Assembly: GCA_963734495.1 (NCBI GenBank)
Contig: CAVTHK010000011.1
Coordinates: 1-64,000, forward strand
Direction of reading: 5' to 3'
DNA length: 64,000 nt
DNA from: an uncultured Spirochaetota bacterium
GTDB taxonomy: Bacteria; Spirochaetota; Spirochaetia; SZUA-6; CAVTHK01
The position numbers and the translations under genes were made by a program. How positions within the stretch are numbered: the stretch's first letter is position 1; each line of letters begins with the position of its first letter. Below are positions 47,729 to 56,689 of this stretch, piece after piece. The notes beneath the pieces were generated by a model. That model was not told the origin of the DNA. It did not search any database and saw only the letters and a program-made list of their open reading frames with translations.

Positions 47729-50104
47729 ATGATCCGCTTTCCACCGTCCACCATCGTGGCGGCCGCGGCCGCGGGCGGCGTCGAGCGCAGGGCCGCGGCC
47801 GTGCTCGCCGAGGAGATCGAGAAGCGCACCGGCATCACGCTCGAGACTCGCGACGCGCGGGGAGCGCGCGCAGCCGCGGTCATCGCGCTGGGCACCGAAG
47901 CGTCGCTGCGCCTGGCAGGCGGCGGGTGGGACGCCGAGCTGCGCGGGCTGGCAGCGCCCGGCGCGGAGGGCTATCGCCTCGTCGTGCGCGATGGCCTCGC
48001 GCTGGTCGCGGGCGCGGACCCGCGCGGCGTGCTCTACGGCGTGGGGCGCCTGCTCCGCGCGATGGAGCTGCGGCCGGGCTCGATCGAAGCGCCCGGCCTG
48101 CGCGTCAGCGGCGCGCCCCGCATGAAGCTGCGCGGCTCGCAGCTCGGCTACCGGCCCAAGACCAACGCGTACGACGCCTGGACGCCCGCTCAGTTCGACC
48201 AGTACATCCGTGAGCTCGCGCTGTTCGGCGCCAACGCCATCGAGATACTCCCGCCCCGCACCGACGACGCCGCCGACAGCCCGCACTTCAAGGTGCCGCC
48301 GCTCGAGATGATGGAGCGTCTCTCCCGGATCATCGACTCCTACGGCCTCGACGTCTGGGTGTGGTACCCGAACATGGCGCGCGACTACGCCGACGCTGCC
48401 GTGCGGGCAGCGGAAGAGGCGGAGCGCGACGACGTGTTTCGCCGCCTCGCGCGGGTCGATGCCGTGATGATCCCCGGCGGCGACCCCGGCGACCTCGAGC
48501 CGGCCCTGCTCTTCGCGTGGTCCGCTCGCGTCGCGCAGATCCTGCGGCGCCATCACCCGCACGCGAAGATCTGGATCTCGCCTCAGGTCTTCAAGCCGGG
48601 CCCGCGCTGGATGCAGGAGTTCCACACCGAGGTCGAACGGGAGCCCGAATGGCTCGGCGGCCTGGTCTATGCGCCGTGGGTTCCCTGCACGCTCGAGGAG
48701 CTTCGCGCCCGCACGCCTGCGCGCTATCCCATCCGCAACTACCCGGACGTCACGCACAGCCTCAACTGCCAGTTCCCCGTGGAGGACTGGGACCTGGCGT
48801 TCGCCCTCACGCTCGGGCGCGAGTGCTGCAACCCGCGCCCCGTCGCGGAGAAGCACATCCATAACCTCCAGGCGCCTCACGTCGTCGGCGACCTCGTCTA
48901 CTCCGAAGGGATCAACGACGACGTCAACAAGCTCATCTGGCTCGACCAGGACTGGGACCCGGAACGGCCGGTGGTCGAGACCCTGCGCGATTTCGGCCGA
49001 CTCTTCGTCGGGCCCGATTACGCCGAAGGCGTGGCGCAGGGCCTGATGGCGCTCGAGCGCAACTGGCGCGGCCCGCTCGTTGCCAACGACGGCGTGGAGA
49101 CGACGCTCGCGCAGTGGCGGTCGATGGAGCGCCGCGACGGCGGCTCCGCGCTCGCGAGCTATCGCTTCAAGATGGGCCTTCAGCGCGCGTACTACGACGC
49201 CTATGTCCGCCGCCGTCTCCTGTCCGAGAGGGCAATGGAACTCCAGGCGCTTGAAATACTGGAGAAGGCGCCCGCCGGCCCTGCCGCTCTCGCGGCCGCC
49301 CTCGATCGCGCCGAAGCGCTGCTGCGCTCCTGCGATCGCGACGGGCCGTCGACCCATCTGCGAGACCGCTGCCGGCAGCTCGCGGACGAGCTCTTCGCGG
49401 AGATCGGCTGGCAGACTTCCGTGCCGCGCTACCAGGCCATCGGCTGGGCGCGGGGCGCGTTCATGGACGGCATCGATGTGCCCCTCAACAACCGCCGCTG
49501 GCTGCTCGCGGAGCTCGCCCGCGTGCGGGCCGCCGGGGCGGAGGCGGAGCCCGAGGCACTCCGCGCGATCGTCGAGCGCACCAATCCCGGCCCCGGCGGC
49601 TTCTACCACGACCTCGGCACTCCCGCGGGCTGGGAGGTCGTCGCGCGCGGGCCGGGACAGACCTGGGCCGCCGACCCCGGCGCCCTGGCCGCGCCATTTG
49701 CCGACTTCGAGCCCGCGGGGCTTCGGCTCTTCTACCCGGACGCCTCGCAGGTGGCCGCGCGCCGGGACGTGCCGCTGGCATGGATCAATTGCGTCTCGGT
49801 CAACTACACCACTCCGCTGCGCCTGAGCTACCCGACGATCGAGCCCGGCACGGCCTGGCGGCTGCGCGTCGTCTACTTCAAGTGCCGCCACTCTCCCGCC
49901 GTGCGCCTGCTCGCGGGCGGCATCGTGGTGCATGAAACGCTCCGCATCGCCGATGCGACGGCCGATGCGGGCTACGACCCGGTCCGCGAGTACGCGATCC
50001 CGCCCGAAGCGACCCGCGGCGGCCGGCTGGATCTCGAGTGGCAGCCGCAGCCCGGCACACGCACGTTCGGCGTTTCCGAAGTGTGGCTGATGCGCGAGCC
50101 CTGA
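47729..50104 (+). CDS. Large unclassified glycoside-hydrolase-like protein
   Basis: GH20/67-type N-domain EGYRL...AGADPRGVLYGVGRLLR; core QLGYRPKTNAYDAW, IPGGDPG, YSEGINDDVNK; C-terminal beta-sandwich. Confidence 0.7.
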   Translation: MIRFPPSTIVAAAAAGGVERRAAAVLAEEIEKRTGITLETRDARGARAAAVIALGTEASLRLAGGGWDAELRGLAAPGAEGYRLVVRDGLALVAGADPRGVLYGVGRLLRAMELRPGSIEAPGLRVSGAPRMKLRGSQLGYRPKTNAYDAWTPAQFDQYIRELALFGANAIEILPPRTDDAADSPHFKVPPLEMMERLSRIIDSYGLDVWVWYPNMARDYADAAVRAAEEAERDDVFRRLARVDAVMIPGGDPGDLEPALLFAWSARVAQILRRHHPHAKIWISPQVFKPGPRWMQEFHTEVEREPEWLGGLVYAPWVPCTLEELRARTPARYPIRNYPDVTHSLNCQFPVEDWDLAFALTLGRECCNPRPVAEKHIHNLQAPHVVGDLVYSEGINDDVNKLIWLDQDWDPERPVVETLRDFGRLFVGPDYAEGVAQGLMALERNWRGPLVANDGVETTLAQWRSMERRDGGSALASYRFKMGLQRAYYDAYVRRRLLSERAMELQALEILEKAPAGPAALAAALDRAEALLRSCDRDGPSTHLRDRCRQLADELFAEIGWQTSVPRYQAIGWARGAFMDGIDVPLNNRRWLLAELARVRAAGAEAEPEALRAIVERTNPGPGGFYHDLGTPAGWEVVARGPGQTWAADPGALAAPFADFEPAGLRLFYPDASQVAARRDVPLAWINCVSVNYTTPLRLSYPTIEPGTAWRLRVVYFKCRHSPAVRLLAGGIVVHETLRIADATADAGYDPVREYAIPPEATRGGRLDLEWQPQPGTRTFGVSEVWLMREP

Positions 50105-50220
50105 GCCGGGTTGTCGAGTCTGCCCGATCGCGGCGCAGCGTCCTGCTGTCTGCCTTCCCTTTTGAGCTTGCGTTCGCGCGTGAACGGTTGTACGCTGTTT
50201 CCATTACATAGGAGGAAAGC

Positions 50221-50634
50221 ATGCCTAACTACGCTCTGATGCAGATCGAAGGAATCGGTGCGGCGAACAGCGCGAAGATGAAGAAGGCGAAGGTCCGCAC
50301 GACGCGCGGATTGCTCAAGAAGGGCGCGACGCCCAAGGGACGCAAGGAGCTCGCGGCGCAGTCGGGGGTCAGCCAGGCTGTCATACTGAAATGGGTCAAC
50401 ATGGCGGACCTGTTCCGCGTCAAAGGGATCGGCAAGCAGTACTCCGAGCTCCTGGAAAAGGCCGGCGTCGACACGGTCAAGGAGCTGCGCACGCGCAAGG
50501 CGGAGCACCTCGTCGCGAGCCTCGCGAAGGCGAACTCCGGCAGCAGGAGACTGGTCCGGCAGCTCCCTGGTCTCAAGCGGTGCCAGTCCTGGATCAACGA
50601 GGCGAAGAAGCTGCCTCCCGCGGTGACCTACTGA
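50221..50634 (+). CDS. DUF4332 domain protein (HhH-like)
   Basis: IEGIG, WVNMADLFRVKGIGKQYSELLEKAGVDTVKEL; AGGAGG RBS. Confidence 0.85.
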   Translation: MPNYALMQIEGIGAANSAKMKKAKVRTTRGLLKKGATPKGRKELAAQSGVSQAVILKWVNMADLFRVKGIGKQYSELLEKAGVDTVKELRTRKAEHLVASLAKANSGSRRLVRQLPGLKRCQSWINEAKKLPPAVTY

Positions 50635-50719
50635 TCCGTCGGAGCAGCGCGGTCGTTGACCGCGGTCTCTTCGCGCGCCGCGGACGCGCGCGCGCTTATC
50701 GCGCTCAAGGGGAGGACTC

Positions 50720-51019
50720 ATGGACATTGGAAGCCTGATCGTCAACCTGATAGCGGGAGCAGCCGGCGGCAATGCCGCCGGGTCGCTGATGAAGGAGAAC
50801 AGCCTCGGCACGCTGTGGAACTCGGTGGCCGGCGTGGTGGGAGGCGGGCTCGGCGGCGCGATCCTTCAGGGCATCGTCCCGTCCATCGGCGCGATCGCCC
50901 AGGGCGGCTCGCTCGACATCGGCTCGCTCATAGGCCAGATCGCCGGCGGCGGCGTGGGCGGTGGCGTGCTCATGATCATCGTCTCGCTCATCAAGAACGC
51001 CCTCGCGCAGAAGAAGTAA
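50720..51019 (+). CDS. Small glycine-rich membrane protein
   Basis: 99 aa, GAAGGNAAG / GVVGGGLGG glycine zippers; GGAGG RBS. Confidence 0.75.
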   Translation: MDIGSLIVNLIAGAAGGNAAGSLMKENSLGTLWNSVAGVVGGGLGGAILQGIVPSIGAIAQGGSLDIGSLIGQIAGGGVGGGVLMIIVSLIKNALAQKK

Positions 51020-51078
51020 CCGGGGACAAGAGCCATCGCTGGCCGCGCGCGCTTCGCGAGGGGCGCGCGCGGTTGGCG

Positions 51079-51852
51079 CTATTTGATCCGCCCGAGAAAG
51101 CGCAGCAGCCCGTCGAGGATCGTGAGCGGGTGCGGCGGGCAGCCGGGGATGTAGAGATCCACCGGGACGACCGAATCCGCGCCATCGTGCGCCTCGGGGT
51201 GGCCGCGGTAGGGGCCGCCTGCCACCGCGCAGGCGCCTACCGCGATCACGACGCGTGGGCCGGGGAGCGCGCGCCAGGTCTTTTCCAGGGCCAGACGCAT
51301 GTTCTCCGTGACCGGACCGGTGATCAGCAGGCCGTCCGCGTGACGCGGAGAGGCCACGAACTGGATGCCGAAGCGGCCCAGGTCCCACCCGATCGTGTTC
51401 AGCACGTTGACGTCCGATTCGCAGCCGTTGCAGCCCCCGGCCGACACCTGCCGCAGCTTGAAGGAGCGGCCGAAGAGGCGCGCCGCCTCGGCGTGCAGGG
51501 CCGCCGGCGGCCTCGGAGCGGGACGGTCGGGCTGCGCTGGCCGCACCACCAGGTCTCCGCGGCGCGCGGCTGCCAGCTGGTGGTCCCGGCCAAAGGAAAT
51601 GGCGCCGAGCGGGCAGGCGCTCTCGCAGGCGCGGCAGAAGATGCACGCACCCGTATCGAGCTCGAGCGCGGAAGCCGCCTGGATCGCGTCGGTGGGGCAG
51701 CTCTCGATGCAGGCGCGGCAGCCGTCGGGGCAGGAGACCGCCTGCATCTCGGGCCGGCCGGCGAAGCGGGCGGGCAGCTCCGGCGCCTTGCCGCGCGGAT
51801 AGGACATCGTCCGGTATCCCTGGCGCATCCGCTCCAGGAGCACCCTCAGCAT
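51079..51852 (-). CDS. Ehr small subunit: 2x[4Fe-4S] ferredoxin fused to NuoB/HycG-like domain
   Basis: CPDGCRACIESCP, CIFCRACESACP, GGCNGCE, SPRHAD, GACA, PGCPP. Confidence 0.9.
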   Translation of the reverse strand: MLRVLLERMRQGYRTMSYPRGKAPELPARFAGRPEMQAVSCPDGCRACIESCPTDAIQAASALELDTGACIFCRACESACPLGAISFGRDHQLAAARRGDLVVRPAQPDRPAPRPPAALHAEAARLFGRSFKLRQVSAGGCNGCESDVNVLNTIGWDLGRFGIQFVASPRHADGLLITGPVTENMRLALEKTWRALPGPRVVIAVGACAVAGGPYRGHPEAHDGADSVVPVDLYIPGCPPHPLTILDGLLRFLGRIK

Positions 51853-51928
51853 TGTTTCCTCCTACCGCGTGGCGTCCTCGCCACGCGCCAAGCCCCGAAT
51901 CCTCGAGGGGCCCGCTGCCCGGCGGCCG

Positions 51929-53443
51929 TCACAGGTCGTGCCCGCAGTACGACAGGTTGAAGCTCTTGTTGCACAGCGGAAAATCGGCGATCTGCTGCCC
52001 CCGCATCGCCATCGCGAGCCCGGGCCAGTTGTGGACCGAGGGGTCTACGACGTCGTAGCGGGCGAGGGCGCCGCCGCGTCCGGTCGCGAGGACGTGGCAG
52101 ATCTCGCCGCGCCAGCCTTCGACCAGGCTCACGACGAGCCGGTCCGCGGCCCAGCCGCCGCGCTGCTGCGTCGAGCCGCGCCGGCCGCGTGAGGGCGCGG
52201 GGGCTTCCGCGAGCACCGGGCCTTCGGGCAGCGAGCCGAGCAGGCGGTCGGCCAGGTCGAGCGACGCCTTGACCTCGAGCCACCGCACCCACGCGCGGCC
52301 GTACACGTCGCCGGCGGGCCACGTGGCGAACGGCGTGGCCACCTCGGCGTACACGCCCGCGGGGAAGCATCGTCGCACGTCCATCTCCAGGCCGCACGCG
52401 CGGGCCGCCACTCCGACGAGGCCGAGCTCGCGCGCGGTCTCGGCCGAAAGGGCGCCCGTGCCTTCGAACCGGCTCGTCACCGTCGGCGTGGACCACAGCA
52501 GCGAGACCGCGCCGGTGGCGTCGCGCCGCACGGCCGCGAGGCGCTCGCGCATGGAGGCGGCCTGCTCCGCGTCCACGTCCCACGCGAGCCCGCCCGGACG
52601 GACGAGCCCGCGGCCGAAGCGGTTTCCGCACAGGACCGCGGTGAGGTTCAGCACGTCGCCTCGAATGCGGCCGCAGTAGGACGAGGTGGGGAGGAACCCC
52701 ACGTCGCCGGCCATGGCTCCGAGGTCGCCGATGTGATTGGCCGCGCGCTCGAGCTCCAGGGCCACCGCCCGCAGGGCCTGGGCGCGCGGAGGCGCGGGCG
52801 TCGCGGCCAGCGCCTCGGCCGCCTGGCAGTACGCCAGCGCATGGCCCACGGAAGTGTCGCCCGCCAGCGTCTCGACGTAGTGGATTCGCCGCTTCTCCGC
52901 GCCCTGGTTCAGGCCGCGGAGAACGCCGCGGTGCTGGTAGCCGAGCGATATCTCGAGGGACAGCACCTCTTCGCCGCGGCACTGGAACCGGAAGTGGCCG
53001 GGCTCGATGATGCCCGCGTGGACGGGGCCCACGGCGACCTCGTGCACCTCTTCACCCTCGACGCGGTAGGCGGGAAAGTCGCCGGCCGCCACCCCGCGTG
53101 ACGGGGGAAAGCGCAGCGGCTTGAGCCAGGGGTGGCCTTCGGGGACGATGCCGTGCTCCTCGAGCAGCGCGCGCTCGAAGGCCTGGGCCTGCGGGCACAG
53201 CGGGGTAAGCGCGTGGTAGCTCTCGCGCACCAGCGTCGAGGTTACGGAGAGACTGACGCGGTCGCGGGCGAGCACGGCAAGGAGCTGAACGCCGCCGCCG
53301 GCCGCCGGGACCCCGGTGAGGGCGGCGAGACGGGCGCCTTCGCCGACCGCGTCGAGGACGGTGTCGCGGAACGCCTCGACCGGGATGAGCGGGCAATCGG
53401 CGCGGGCGAAGGCCGCCGCGTTGCGGATGATGAGCTCGCTCAT
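51929..53443 (-). CDS. Ehr large subunit (NuoC/D, HyfG/HycE-like) lacking NiFe cysteines
   Basis: VGPVHAGIIEPGHFRF, GYQHRG, EGWRGE, DPS. The L1 site reads ETLAGDTSVGH and L2 reads DFPLCNKSFNLSYCGHDL, with no CxxC. Confidence 0.9.
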   Translation of the reverse strand: MSELIIRNAAAFARADCPLIPVEAFRDTVLDAVGEGARLAALTGVPAAGGGVQLLAVLARDRVSLSVTSTLVRESYHALTPLCPQAQAFERALLEEHGIVPEGHPWLKPLRFPPSRGVAAGDFPAYRVEGEEVHEVAVGPVHAGIIEPGHFRFQCRGEEVLSLEISLGYQHRGVLRGLNQGAEKRRIHYVETLAGDTSVGHALAYCQAAEALAATPAPPRAQALRAVALELERAANHIGDLGAMAGDVGFLPTSSYCGRIRGDVLNLTAVLCGNRFGRGLVRPGGLAWDVDAEQAASMRERLAAVRRDATGAVSLLWSTPTVTSRFEGTGALSAETARELGLVGVAARACGLEMDVRRCFPAGVYAEVATPFATWPAGDVYGRAWVRWLEVKASLDLADRLLGSLPEGPVLAEAPAPSRGRRGSTQQRGGWAADRLVVSLVEGWRGEICHVLATGRGGALARYDVVDPSVHNWPGLAMAMRGQQIADFPLCNKSFNLSYCGHDL

Positions 53444-55041
53444 GGGCCGACCCCCAGCTGGGCCGCGGCCTGGCCGATCAGCCGCGAGAGCGGGGCGGGC
53501 AGGTACAGGCCGAGCAGAAGCACGACCAGGCCGAGGGCGATCGGCGGAAGCAGGGACCACAGCGGCTCCCGAAGGCGCTCGGGCTCCGCGGCGTGCGGCG
53601 CGGCAGGCGCGACCGCGACACCGACAGCCGCGGTCGCGACCGCGTCGCTCGCGTGCGCCGGGGCCGCGGCTGCCGCCGCCCCACCGTGCGCAGGCGACGC
53701 GACGGACGGGCCGGCGTCCGCCTTCCCATAGACCATCCTCAGGGCGACGGCCGTCATCCCCGCGAACGCCATCGCGAGGGCGAAGAGCATCAGGCCCGCG
53801 ATCCAGAAGCGGCCGGCCTCGAAGGCGCGCCGCACGATCAGGAGCTTGCTCACGAAGGGGCCGGAGGGCGGCATGCCGGTGATCGCGAGGAGGCCCGCGA
53901 TCCACAGGGCGGCGGTCGCGGGCATGCGCGCGCGAAGGCCCGTCGCCTGCGCGACCGCTTTTGAGCGGGCGCCCATCAGGATGTTGCCCGCCGCGAGAAA
54001 GAGCATGCCCTTGGCCATCGTGTGATTGCCCGCGTGCAGCAGCGCGGCAAAGCCGCCCGCGCCGCCGAGACCGGCGCCGAGCGCGAGCAGGCCCATGTTC
54101 TCGACGCTGGAGTAGGCGAGCATCCGCTTGTAGTCTGCCTGCCGCACGAGGAAGGCCGCGGCCGCGACCACCGAGAGGATCCCGAACCCGACGAGCAACG
54201 AGCCGCTGAAGTCGCCGAGCCCCGCGGCCCGGAGGATGGAATGCATCCGGAGGATCGCGAGGAACGCGCAGTTCAGCAGTGCCCCCGAGAGAAGCGCGGA
54301 CACGGGCGAGGGGGCTTCGCTGTGCGCGTCGGGCAGCCACGTGTGCAGGGGAACCAGGCCCATCTTCGTGCCGTAGCCCACGAGGAAGAGCACGAAGGCG
54401 GCCTTGAGCCACACGGGATGGAGCTTCGGGCCGTCGGTGACCAGCTCCGTGACCGTGAGCGGGAGCTGCTGCACGCCGTCGAAAGAGGCGGCGATCGCGA
54501 GGAAGAAGTTGCCCAGCAGGGCGAGCGCGATGCCCACCGAGCAGATGAGCAGGTACTTCCAGGTCGCCTCCAGAGAGCGGTGGTGCCTGTGGAACGTGAT
54601 GAGCGGGGCCGAGGCCAGCGTCGTCGCCTCGACCGCGACCCAGAGCAGGCCGACGTGCTGGCTCGTGGCCACCAGCGTCATCGACGAGAGGAAGAACAGC
54701 AGGCACGCGGTAAAGACCGCCTCGGGCGAGTTGGTAAAGACGAAGTCCTCCTCCGGGTCGGTGTGGTCCGCGCCGCGCTCCTGCGCGAGGTAGCCGACGG
54801 TGTAGACCGCGACCGCGAGGAAGAGCGCGCTGGTGAGCGTCAGGAAGTAGAGCGCCGCGGGACCGATCGCGAGCCAGTCGGTCGTGTCGACCTCCAGCGG
54901 AAAGGTCCAGGCGCGGGCGGTCAGCCCCGCGTGGGCGACGGCGGCGAGCAGCAGCAGGAGCCGGCGCGCGCGGTCCGATCGGATGAGAAAGCAGGCGGCC
55001 CCCGCGACCGCCGGAACCAGGATCAGGGCGAGCGGCGTCAC
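53440..55041 (-). CDS. HyfF-like proton-translocating membrane subunit
   Basis: WVAVEATTL, EATWKY, GTKMGLVPLHTWLPDAHSEAPSPVSALLS, KRMLAYSS. Confidence 0.92.
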   Translation of the reverse strand: MTPLALILVPAVAGAACFLIRSDRARRLLLLLAAVAHAGLTARAWTFPLEVDTTDWLAIGPAALYFLTLTSALFLAVAVYTVGYLAQERGADHTDPEEDFVFTNSPEAVFTACLLFFLSSMTLVATSQHVGLLWVAVEATTLASAPLITFHRHHRSLEATWKYLLICSVGIALALLGNFFLAIAASFDGVQQLPLTVTELVTDGPKLHPVWLKAAFVLFLVGYGTKMGLVPLHTWLPDAHSEAPSPVSALLSGALLNCAFLAILRMHSILRAAGLGDFSGSLLVGFGILSVVAAAAFLVRQADYKRMLAYSSVENMGLLALGAGLGGAGGFAALLHAGNHTMAKGMLFLAAGNILMGARSKAVAQATGLRARMPATAALWIAGLLAITGMPPSGPFVSKLLIVRRAFEAGRFWIAGLMLFALAMAFAGMTAVALRMVYGKADAGPSVASPAHGGAAAAAAPAHASDAVATAAVGVAVAPAAPHAAEPERLREPLWSLLPPIALGLVVLLLGLYLPAPLSRLIGQAAAQLGVGP

Positions 55042-55071
55042 GCGCTACTCCTTGCCACGCGCTACTCCTTG
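55039..55071. repeat. Exact 16-bp direct repeat of a stop/RBS/start junction
   Basis: CACGCGCTACTCCTTG at 55039-55054 and 55056-55071. Confidence 0.9.
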
Positions 55072-55712
55072 AGCATCGTCAGGCGGTCGGTGTCGATGTG
55101 GTCGAACTCGCGCCGGATGTGCAGGATCGCGATCCCCATGACGAAGACCGCGGCGAAGATGTCGAGCAGCACGCCCAGCTCCACCAGGAGCGGCGCGCGC
55201 ACCGCCGTGGCCAGGCCGAAGGCGTAGATGCCGTTCTCTATGGCGAGGTAGCCGATCACCTGCGTGATCGCCTTGCGACGCGTCACGACCACGAAGAGCC
55301 CGACGAGGATCGTGAACAGGGCCACGGGCACGAAGAAGCGCGAAGCGATCGGGCCGGGCAGCTCCAGACGCGCGCCCAGCGCGACCGAGGCGGCGAGGAG
55401 CGCGATGCCCGCGAGCAGCGAGACGGTAAAGCCGACCATCGGCTCGACTTCGCGCCGCACCTCGGCCGCCCGCATCGCCCGGCCGAGCATGGCGGGGAGC
55501 ACGACGGCCTTGAGCAGCGTGCTCGCGGCCGCGACGACGATGACTTCGGCCGTGAGCTCGCCCCACTGCCGCAGCAGCGGGAACACGCCGAGCAGCAGCG
55601 CCTGCACCGCCACCATCCGCAGGCACTGGGCGATGCGGCTCGTGCCGAGCATCTGGAAATTGGCGAGCACCAGGAGGATCACCAGGAGGTTGGAGAGGCT
55701 GTCCAGGCTCAC
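55062..55712 (-). CDS. HyfE-like membrane subunit
   Basis: Multiple TM segments; QVIGYLAIENGI, VELGVLLD. Confidence 0.88.
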   Translation of the reverse strand: MSLDSLSNLLVILLVLANFQMLGTSRIAQCLRMVAVQALLLGVFPLLRQWGELTAEVIVVAAASTLLKAVVLPAMLGRAMRAAEVRREVEPMVGFTVSLLAGIALLAASVALGARLELPGPIASRFFVPVALFTILVGLFVVVTRRKAITQVIGYLAIENGIYAFGLATAVRAPLLVELGVLLDIFAAVFVMGIAILHIRREFDHIDTDRLTMLKE

Positions 55713-55794
55713 GTCGGTTCCCTCAACGTCGGCACCCTCACGTCGGTTCCTTCAGCGTCGGCACCTTCACATCGGTTCCTTCACGTCAGCACCA
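55709..55794. repeat. Six 14-15-bp tandem units (alternating, ~29-bp higher-order period) at a gene junction
   Basis: TCACGTCGGTTCCC / TCAACGTCGGCACCC / TCACGTCGGTTCCT / TCAGCGTCGGCACCT / TCACATCGGTTCCT / TCACGTCAGCACCA. Confidence 0.88.
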
Positions 55795-56686
55795 GGATAA
55801 AGGCGATCAGGGAGAAGACCGAGGCCATCACGAGGGCCTGCGGCACCCGCAGCAGCTTCAGGCGCGCCATGGAGCTCTCGACGACGCCCGTCGCGGCCGC
55901 GACCGCCGCGAGCCCGGCGAGCGACGCGACGAGCCGCAGGGGCCAGCTTCCCACCGGAGGCACCAGCGCGTCGACCAGCAGCCCCCCGAGCACCCAGAGC
56001 TTGAGCGCGGACCCGTACTCGATGAGCGCGAGGTCGGGGCCGCCGTGGTCGAGGATCATCACCTCGTGGATCATCGTGAGCTCGAGGTGCGTGTTGGGGT
56101 CGTCGAAGGGGATGCGCGAGTTCTCGGCGAGGAACACCAGGACGAAGGCCACCGCAATCAGCAGCACGGTGGCCGCATGCCCGCCCATGAGAGGGTGCGG
56201 ACCGGGGCCGAGAAAGATGCCGGACAGCGAGAGCGAGCGCGAAGCCGCGGCGAGCCCGGCGAGGCCGAGGAGCAGCGCGGGCTCGGCGAGCGTGGAGAAC
56301 CAGGCCTCGCGGCTCGCGCCCATCCCTTCGAAAGCGCTCCCGGTGTCGAGCGCGGCGAGCACCGTGAAGAAGCGGCCCAGCCCGAGGAGGTAAGCGAGCA
56401 GGATGAGGTCGCCCGCGAACGACACCAGGCCCGGCTCGCCCGCGAAAGGAAGCAGCGCGAGCGCGGCCGCGGCGGTGCCCGCGCCCACCAGCGGGCCCGC
56501 CTTGAGCAGCCACGTCGCGGTGCCGCTGTAGACCGTGCCCTTGCGCAGGAGCTTGGCGAGGTCGCGGTAGAGCTGAAGCAGAGGCTGGCCGCGCCTTCCG
56601 GCGAAGAACGCCTTGACGCGGTTTGTGACGCCCGGAAGCAGGGGCGCGAGCGCGAACGCCAGGATGACCGCCGACAGGGAGCGCAT
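55781..56686 (-). CDS. HyfC/HycD (NuoH-like) membrane subunit
   Basis: GRRGQPLLQLYRDLAKL, GASRE, ENSRIPFD, LELTMIHE. Confidence 0.92.
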   Translation of the reverse strand: MRSLSAVILAFALAPLLPGVTNRVKAFFAGRRGQPLLQLYRDLAKLLRKGTVYSGTATWLLKAGPLVGAGTAAAALALLPFAGEPGLVSFAGDLILLAYLLGLGRFFTVLAALDTGSAFEGMGASREAWFSTLAEPALLLGLAGLAAASRSLSLSGIFLGPGPHPLMGGHAATVLLIAVAFVLVFLAENSRIPFDDPNTHLELTMIHEVMILDHGGPDLALIEYGSALKLWVLGGLLVDALVPPVGSWPLRLVASLAGLAAVAAATGVVESSMARLKLLRVPQALVMASVFSLIAFILVLT

Positions 56687-56689
56687 CGC

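Noticed and set aside
46574..49933. 1119-aa minus-strand ORF and similar long antisense ORFs throughout
   Set aside because: Expected shadows of real genes in very GC-rich DNA; no motifs.
51929..54706. 925-aa ORF or a functional [NiFe] hydrogenase
   Set aside because: The N-terminal part overlaps the HyfF-like gene out of frame, the real start is ATG 53443, and the NiFe CxxC motifs are absent.
55709..55794. Mini-CRISPR array
   Set aside because: Units are contiguous 14-15-mers with no unique spacers.
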